The notes beneath the pieces are model-generated. The model was not told the DNA's origin. It ran no database searches and saw only the letters and a program-made list of their open reading frames with translations. From NCBI GenBank assembly GCA_041640575.1, contig JBEPZZ010000043.1:1-14369 (forward strand): a stretch of 14,369 nt of DNA, in the 5' to 3' direction. A program made the translations under genes and the position numbers. Origin of the DNA: Pseudothermotoga sp. Lineage in GTDB: Bacteria; Thermotogota; Thermotogae; Thermotogales; DSM-5069. Of this stretch, positions 9,075 through 14,369 are shown one piece after another (position 1 is the stretch's first letter; each line of letters starts with the position of its first letter).

Positions 9075-9639
9075 GGTGAGTAGGAAAACTAAGGAAACAA
9101 ACGTGTTCGTCAGCTTGAATCTTGATGGAACAGGAAGAAGCGAGATCTCAACAACTGTAGGATTCTTTGATCACATGCTGGAATTGTTTACTTTTCATGG
9201 AGGGTTTGATCTGAAAGTGCAAGCTTCTGGTGATACTCATATTGACGACCATCACCTTGTAGAAGATGTAGGAATTGTCCTTGGTAGAGCTTTTTTTGAA
9301 GCAGCTGGAGAAAGGATTGGAATAAAGAGATACTCACATATAATTCTTCCTATGGATGAAGCACTTGTTATGATTGCTGTCGATTTGGCAACAAGAAGTC
9401 ATCTAGGTTGGGATGTCGAGTTCAAAAACCAGTTTCTTGGAACGATGAACAGTCAAAATATTTTTGAATTCTTTAAAGCTTTTGTTGACAATGCTAAATT
9501 AACGGTCCATATAAAAAAGCTTTCTGGTCTGAACGATCATCATGTTTGTGAAGTTATTTTTAAGGGTTTTGGGAGAGTTTTGAAGGACGCTTTGCAACGG
9601 GTGGACGAGAGAGCTTCGTCAACAAAGGGTGTACTTTGA
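9061..9639 (+). CDS. hisB: Imidazoleglycerol-phosphate dehydratase (monofunctional)
   Basis: RKTKET, FFDHML, DDHHLVED, PMDEAL, NDHHVCE, STKGVL. ATG 9061 follows GAAGGTGA. Confidence 0.95.
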   Translation: MRQAEVSRKTKETNVFVSLNLDGTGRSEISTTVGFFDHMLELFTFHGGFDLKVQASGDTHIDDHHLVEDVGIVLGRAFFEAAGERIGIKRYSHIILPMDEALVMIAVDLATRSHLGWDVEFKNQFLGTMNSQNIFEFFKAFVDNAKLTVHIKKLSGLNDHHVCEVIFKGFGRVLKDALQRVDERASSTKGVL

Positions 9640-10250
9640 TGCGAAAAATTTGCATTGTTGATTACGGGGTAGGAAATTTGAAAAGTGTATCAAAAGCCTT
9701 TCAAAAAGTGGGAGCAGAAGTAATAGTTGCCCAGCTGAGAAGCGAAATCAAAAAGTATGATGTAATAGTTCTTCCTGGCGTAGGTTCTTTCGACGCCGCA
9801 ATGGAAAATCTTGAAAAGAGAAACCTTGTAGACATACTTTTAGAGAAGGCCAAAAATTGCTTCTTCTTTGGGGTATGCCTTGGTTATCAGCTTCTTTATG
9901 AAAGCAGCGAGGAAGGAATAAAAAAGGGCTTGGCGATTCTACCTGGGAAGGTCGTTCGATTTCAGAAAGAATTTGGTTTGAAGGTGCCGCACGTGGGATG
10001 GAACAGAATAGTCGTTACACGAGAATCAAAGCTTTTGGATAACTTACCAGGCAAATACGTTTATTTTGTTCACTCTTACTATGTAGTTAATTCAAACAAA
10101 TCAGCGGTATGTGCAATTTGCAACTACGGTGTTGATTTCGATGCTGCAATTGAGATAGACAATCTTTTTGGCACGCAATTTCACCCTGAAAAAAGTGGAG
10201 CTGTTGGGCTGAAAATCTTGGAAAACTTTGTGAAAGTGGTGAGTAAATGA
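9639..10250 (+). CDS. hisH: Imidazole glycerol phosphate synthase glutaminase subunit
   Basis: DYGVGNL, LPGVG, GVCLGYQ (catalytic Cys), VPHVGWN, YFVHSY, QFHPEKS. TGATG stop/start overlap with hisB. Confidence 0.95.
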   Translation: MRKICIVDYGVGNLKSVSKAFQKVGAEVIVAQLRSEIKKYDVIVLPGVGSFDAAMENLEKRNLVDILLEKAKNCFFFGVCLGYQLLYESSEEGIKKGLAILPGKVVRFQKEFGLKVPHVGWNRIVVTRESKLLDNLPGKYVYFVHSYYVVNSNKSAVCAICNYGVDFDAAIEIDNLFGTQFHPEKSGAVGLKILENFVKVVSK

Positions 10251-10960
10251 TCTTAGTTGTTCCAGCCATAGACATATTGAATGGTAAGTGTGTCAGGTTA
10301 GAAAAGGGAGATTTTTCAAAAGCAGAGATGGTAGCAGAGGATCCAGTAGAGCAGGTGAAGATTTTCCAGCAAATGGGTTTTGAGATGGTTCACGTTGTAG
10401 ATCTTGATGCTGTTAAACAAGCAAGACTTGTGAATTATGAAATTGCAAAGATGATGAAACAAAGTACAAGGCTAAAAATCCAGTTTGGTGGTGGGGTAAG
10501 GAATGAAGAGGCGGTAAAACAACTAATCGAAGCACAGATTGACTACATAATACTTGGTTCTGCATTGTTCACAAGTCAAAAGCTAGTTGAGCAAATAATT
10601 GAGAAATACGGGCAAGATCGATTTGTTGCATCAATAGATTTTTTAAACGATCATGTCAGATTGTTTGGATGGGAACAAGAGAGCAAAATTGATGTTGCTA
10701 GCGGTGTAAATCTGGTAAAGAAACTAGGCCTTAAACGGCTTATATATACGGATATTTCGGCTGATGGTACGCTCGTAGGTCACAATATCAAACTAGCTAG
10801 AAAAATGAGAGAGCTATTTGATGGATTTTTAATTTGTTCTGGTGGAATAAATTCTGATCGAAACATTGAGGAACTGGAGAAGATTGGAATAGATGGTGTT
10901 ATTGTTGGCAAGGCTATTTACTTTTCAAAAATTGATCCAAAGAGGTGGGTGAAACGTTAG
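10247..10960 (+). CDS. hisA: ProFAR isomerase
   Basis: [51 protein letters not shown] overlap with hisH. Confidence 0.94.
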   Translation: MILVVPAIDILNGKCVRLEKGDFSKAEMVAEDPVEQVKIFQQMGFEMVHVVDLDAVKQARLVNYEIAKMMKQSTRLKIQFGGGVRNEEAVKQLIEAQIDYIILGSALFTSQKLVEQIIEKYGQDRFVASIDFLNDHVRLFGWEQESKIDVASGVNLVKKLGLKRLIYTDISADGTLVGHNIKLARKMRELFDGFLICSGGINSDRNIEELEKIGIDGVIVGKAIYFSKIDPKRWVKR

Positions 10961-11712
10961 CAAAAAGAATTATTAGTTGTCTAGATGTCAATAACGGAAG
11001 AATTGTCAAAGGCATTAACTTCGTAAATCTTAGGGATGCAGGTGATCCAGTAGAATGCGCGCGAAAATACGACGAGCTTGGTGCCGATGAACTGGTGTTT
11101 TTAGATATTACCGCTTCCTATGAGGAAAGAAATACCATAATAGACACAGTGAAGAAAGTAGCTGAAGAAATTTTTATCCCGTTCACCGTTGGTGGCGGGA
11201 TAAGAACACTTAAAGACATTAGAGAACTCTTACTTGCAGGTGCGGATAAAGTATCAATAAACACCGCAGCAGTTAAAGAACCAAAGCTGATAGAAGAAGC
11301 GGCAAAGGTTTTTGGCTCTCAATGTATTGTAGTTGCTATTGATGCAAAGAGACATTCGAACGGATTTCATGTGTACATCAGAGGTGGCAGAATTGATACT
11401 GGTCTCGATGCAGTTGAGTGGGCAAAGATGGCTGAAAGCCTTGGTGCAGGTGAGATATTACTGACGTCGATTGACAGAGATGGAACCAAGTTGGGTTATG
11501 ATCTTGAATTAACTGCTGAGATTTCCAAGGCAGTTCAAATTCCAGTTATTGCCTCCGGTGGGGCCAGTAGTTATGAAGATTTCCTTAAGGTTTTTCAAGT
11601 TGGAGCAGATGCAGCTCTGGCAGCTTCCGTTTTTCATTTTGGTGAGATCTCTATACCGAATTTGAAAAGATACCTTCGGGAGAACGGGATTGAGGTGAGA
11701 TTGGATGATTGA
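10945..11712 (+). CDS. hisF: Imidazole glycerol phosphate synthase cyclase subunit (start uncertain: GTG 10945 or ACG 10954)
   Basis: [74 protein letters not shown]. Confidence 0.95.
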   Translation: MGETLAKRIISCLDVNNGRIVKGINFVNLRDAGDPVECARKYDELGADELVFLDITASYEERNTIIDTVKKVAEEIFIPFTVGGGIRTLKDIRELLLAGADKVSINTAAVKEPKLIEEAAKVFGSQCIVVAIDAKRHSNGFHVYIRGGRIDTGLDAVEWAKMAESLGAGEILLTSIDRDGTKLGYDLELTAEISKAVQIPVIASGGASSYEDFLKVFQVGADAALAASVFHFGEISIPNLKRYLRENGIEVRLDD

Positions 11713-12319
11713 TACTTCTACTGTAAAATACGACGAAAAGGGTTTGGTACCGGTAGTTGTACAAGATTGTAGAAATAATCAAGTTCTTATGCTTGCATAT
11801 ATGAACGAAGAAAGCTTAAAATTGACGATTCAAACCGGTTATATGCACTACTTTAGCAGAAGTAGAAACCAAATTTGGAAAAAGGGAGAAACATCTGGAA
11901 ATTATCAACTTTTAAAATCCTTAAGGGTCGATTGTGATGGCGATGCTCTGCTTGCACATGTCGAACAGATCGGAAATGCTTGCCACACCGGTAACAAAAG
12001 CTGCTTTTTCACAACTTTACTGGGCGAGGAACCTGTTTATGATGTTTTAAAAAAACTCATGCGAATTATTCAAAGTAGGAAAGCTCAACCCAAGGAAGGT
12101 TCTTACACAACTTATTTGCTTCAAAGTGGAATTGATAAAATCCTCAAGAAAATTGGTGAAGAATCAGCAGAAGTCATAATAGCGTCAAAGAACGAGCGGA
12201 AAGACGAAATCGTTTGGGAGATTTCCGATCTTGTTTATCATATATCAGTTCTTTTGAGTTATTTTGAACTTGATTGGGATGACATCTTTGATCATCTCTT
12301 ATCGCGAATGAAAGAATGA
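11705..12319 (+). CDS. hisIE: Bifunctional phosphoribosyl-AMP cyclohydrolase / phosphoribosyl-ATP pyrophosphohydrolase
   Basis: [22 protein letters not shown] (HisI); [20 protein letters not shown] (HisE). GAGGTGA SD. Confidence 0.95.
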   Translation: MIDTSTVKYDEKGLVPVVVQDCRNNQVLMLAYMNEESLKLTIQTGYMHYFSRSRNQIWKKGETSGNYQLLKSLRVDCDGDALLAHVEQIGNACHTGNKSCFFTTLLGEEPVYDVLKKLMRIIQSRKAQPKEGSYTTYLLQSGIDKILKKIGEESAEVIIASKNERKDEIVWEISDLVYHISVLLSYFELDWDDIFDHLLSRMKE

Positions 12320-12370
12320 AGTTGCCCTAAATTATTTTCCTCCCAATTTGTAAAGGCCAAAATCTTGTTT

Positions 12371-12391
12371 GAGAGATGTTCGGTATCTCTC
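12371..12391 (+). terminator. Stem-loop downstream of hisIE, possible terminator or 3' stabilising hairpin
   Basis: GAGAGAT-gttcggt-ATCTCTC inverted repeat about 50 nt after the hisIE stop. It lacks a clear U-tract, so a termination function is uncertain. Confidence 0.4.
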
Positions 12392-12406
12392 CAAATATGT
12401 CAATCT

Positions 12407-12466
12407 AAAGCATACCAAAGCATACGCAAGCATACTGAAGTATACGTGAGTATAACAGGAATACCT
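12407..12466. repeat. Degenerate tandem decamer repeat (core AAGYATAC, period 10 bp)
   Basis: aaagcatacc / aaagcatacg / caagcatact / gaagtatacg / tgagtataac / aggaatacct read directly from the sequence. Confidence 0.85.
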
Positions 12467-12522
12467 ATGGGCTAGATGAGATAGAATTGCCTACCTTTGG
12501 ATTACTCTGGAAATATCTGGGA

Positions 12523-12551
12523 ATGACATGCCAATTGATTGTTGATATACT
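12523..12551 (+). promoter_or_regulatory. Sigma70-type promoter of the arcE-like gene
   Basis: ATGACA (12523-12528), 17-bp spacer, TATACT (12546-12551), with extended TG at 12543-12544. AGGAGG SD at 12573-12578, 9 nt before ATG 12588. Confidence 0.65.
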
Positions 12552-12587
12552 AACGCTTGGTATATACAGAACAGGAGGCGAGGTTGG

Positions 12588-13922
12588 ATGAGGCGAAAGG
12601 TTATCATCATGGGTGCAGCAGGAAGAGATTTTCACAACTTCAACGTGTATTTTAGAGACAATCCAGATTATGAGGTCGTAGCATTCACAGCTACACAAAT
12701 ACCGGATATAGAAGGCAGAGTGTATCCATCCGAACTTGCGGGCAAGCTGTATCCAAACGGTATACCGATTGAACCAGAGAGCAAACTAGTTGAACTAATA
12801 AGAACGCATCAAGTGGATGAAGTAATACTTGCTTACAGTGATCTTTCACATCAATACGTTATGGAAAGAGCTGCCATTGTAACGGCTGCAGGGGCAGATT
12901 TTAAGTTGATGGGGCCAAATCATACGATGCTTAAATCTACAAAACCTGTTGTAGCAGTCTGTGCTGTTAGAACAGGTTGTGGAAAGAGTCAAACTACAAG
13001 AAGAGTTCTTGATATTCTTCGTTCAAAAGGATTAAAAGTCGTTTCCATAAGACATCCCATGCCTTATGGCAACCTAGTTGAGCAGAAAGTTCAGAGGTTT
13101 GCAACTTATGAAGATCTTGATAGATACAAATGTACAATTGAAGAGAGAGAGGAGTACGAACCACACATAGACAGAAAGTCTGTGATTTACGCAGGTGTTG
13201 ATTACGAAGCTATCCTTAGAAGCGCTGAAGCTGAGAATCCAGACGTAATTCTTTGGGATGGAGGAAACAACGATTTTCCATTTTACAAACCTGACTTGTT
13301 GATCGTAGTTGTTGATCCTCATAGACCCGGGCATGAAATCAGTTACTATCCAGGTATGACAAACTTACTTATGGCGAACGTTATCGTAATAAACAAGGAA
13401 GAAACTGCCAATGCGCAAGACATTGAAACTGTTAGGAGAAACATTGAAAAATGGAATCCTAACGCTGTTGTGGTTGATGCAAGCTCACCCATCTTTGTTG
13501 AGGACTATCAAGCAATAAAAGGTAAACGTGTTTTAGTTGTTGAGGACGGTCCAACTCTAACGCATGGTGAGATGCGTTACGGTGCAGGATATGTTGCAGC
13601 AAAGAAATTTGGAGCACGAGAAATAATAGACCCAAGAGTTTTTGCCGTTGGTTCAATTGTTGAAACGTATAAGAAATACAACCATCTGGATGTAATTTTG
13701 CCTGCTATGGGTTATGGAGAAAAACAGATCAAGGAACTTGAACAAACAATCAACGCTTCCGATGCGGAACTTGTACTCATTGGAACTCCAATTGACCTTA
13801 GAAGAATTATGCATTTGAATAAACCAGCCGTAAGAGTAAGGTATGAACTACAAGAAATAGGTAAACCAAATCTTGATGATATTTTGTCCGAGTTTGTGAA
13901 ATCCAAATGTCACAAGCTTTGA
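12588..13922 (+). CDS. arcE: COG2403 P-loop protein (cyclic 2,3-diphosphoglycerate synthetase-like / 'GTPase'), probable arginine synthetase
   Basis: N-terminal GAAGRDFHNFN...VAFTATQIP, P-loop AVRTGCGKSQT, RHPMPYG, CTIEEREEYE, WDGGNND, VEDGPTLTHG. This is the pattern I recognise from the Thermococcus arginine synthetase branch of the family. The family call is strong; the specific activity is inferred. Confidence 0.75.
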   Translation: MRRKVIIMGAAGRDFHNFNVYFRDNPDYEVVAFTATQIPDIEGRVYPSELAGKLYPNGIPIEPESKLVELIRTHQVDEVILAYSDLSHQYVMERAAIVTAAGADFKLMGPNHTMLKSTKPVVAVCAVRTGCGKSQTTRRVLDILRSKGLKVVSIRHPMPYGNLVEQKVQRFATYEDLDRYKCTIEEREEYEPHIDRKSVIYAGVDYEAILRSAEAENPDVILWDGGNNDFPFYKPDLLIVVVDPHRPGHEISYYPGMTNLLMANVIVINKEETANAQDIETVRRNIEKWNPNAVVVDASSPIFVEDYQAIKGKRVLVVEDGPTLTHGEMRYGAGYVAAKKFGAREIIDPRVFAVGSIVETYKKYNHLDVILPAMGYGEKQIKELEQTINASDAELVLIGTPIDLRRIMHLNKPAVRVRYELQEIGKPNLDDILSEFVKSKCHKL

Positions 13923-14061
13923 ACCACCTAATGTTTGAATTAGTCAAAATAATAGACTGAAAACCTGACAAAAATTGTCGTAGTAATGAGTTAACAAAAA
14001 TGTACCACAATGGGAACGTAAATTGGCATTATTTGTAACTTGTAACCGATACAATGTAGTT

Positions 14062-14142
14062 GGAAAGTGAATGAAACCCCCCTATCCCCCTTGAGATACA
14101 CCCCCCACGGCTTTATGCGGGCTTCATGCCCGCTTTTTTTTT
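14062..14142 (+). ncRNA. Candidate C-rich small RNA or 3'-UTR element (5' end uncertain)
   Basis: Three C tracts (14077-14082, 14086-14090, 14101-14106) immediately before an intrinsic terminator. TACAAT at 14050-14055 could be a -10. Not matched to any family I recognise. Confidence 0.35.
14117..14142 (+). terminator. Rho-independent terminator
   Basis: GCGGGC-ttcat-GCCCGC stem-loop followed by nine T's; the tail overlaps the miaB stop codon on the opposite strand. Confidence 0.88.
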
Positions 14143-14368
14143 ACGTCAAAATCTCACCGTATAATGGCCCAGCTGTGATCTGGGTGATTTTTACTGTGAC
14201 GCGCTCGCCAATTTGAAGATGTGGCGACTTGAAGATGATAATTTTGTTCCTGATATCTCTCCCATAGTAGGAACCATCTGTCCCTTTCCCCTCAACGAAC
14301 AGTTCCACAACTTGACCTAAGTAGCTTTCGTTCAGCTTCTTATTGATTTGTTTTTGAAGCTCTAAAAG
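14141..14368 (-). CDS. miaB: C-terminal TRAM domain of tRNA methylthiotransferase MiaB (gene continues beyond the window)
   Basis: Not in the ORF track. Manual translation gives LLELQKQINKKLNESYLGQVVELFVEGKGTDGSYYGRDIRNKIIIFKSPHLQIGERVTVKITQITAGPLYGEILT*. YGRDIRNKII and ITAGPLYG match my recollection of the Thermotoga MiaB C-terminus. Confidence 0.8.
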   Translation of the reverse strand, partial: LLELQKQINKKLNESYLGQVVELFVEGKGTDGSYYGRDIRNKIIIFKSPHLQIGERVTVKITQITAGPLYGEILT

Positions 14369-14369
14369 C

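Noticed and set aside
12407..12530. CRISPR array or replication origin
   Set aside because: Units are 10 bp with no spacers and no cas genes. There is no cluster of TTATCCACA boxes or of the 12-mer Thermotoga origin repeat as I recall it.
1690..14010. Numerous 60-105 aa minus-strand ORFs in the track
   Set aside because: All overlap well-supported + strand genes in antisense, lack recognisable motifs, and look like shadow frames.
13923..14142. tRNA, 6S, SRP or tmRNA in the arcE-miaB gap
   Set aside because: No cloverleaf or T-loop, no long self-complementary rod, and no SRP or tmRNA hallmark could be found by eye.

Overview
Bacterial chromosomal window, probably from a Thermotogales-like thermophile (inferred from the MiaB C-terminus). 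On the + strand it carries: a 5'-truncated type III-like restriction-modification pair (mod, res); a complete, tightly overlapping histidine operon hisZ-G-D-C-B-H-A-F-IE; and a stand-alone COG2403 P-loop protein, usually labelled 'GTPase' or 'cyclic 2,3-diphosphoglycerate synthetase-like' but most likely arginine synthetase (ArcE). The 3' end of miaB converges from the - strand. The least explained signals are non-coding or translational: a 10-bp-periodic repeat array upstream of the arcE-like promoter, a short terminator-ended element with three C-rich tracts between arcE and miaB (candidate sRNA), and an ACG codon at the canonical hisF start position behind a strong Shine-Dalgarno. All family assignments come from motif recognition; no searches were run.
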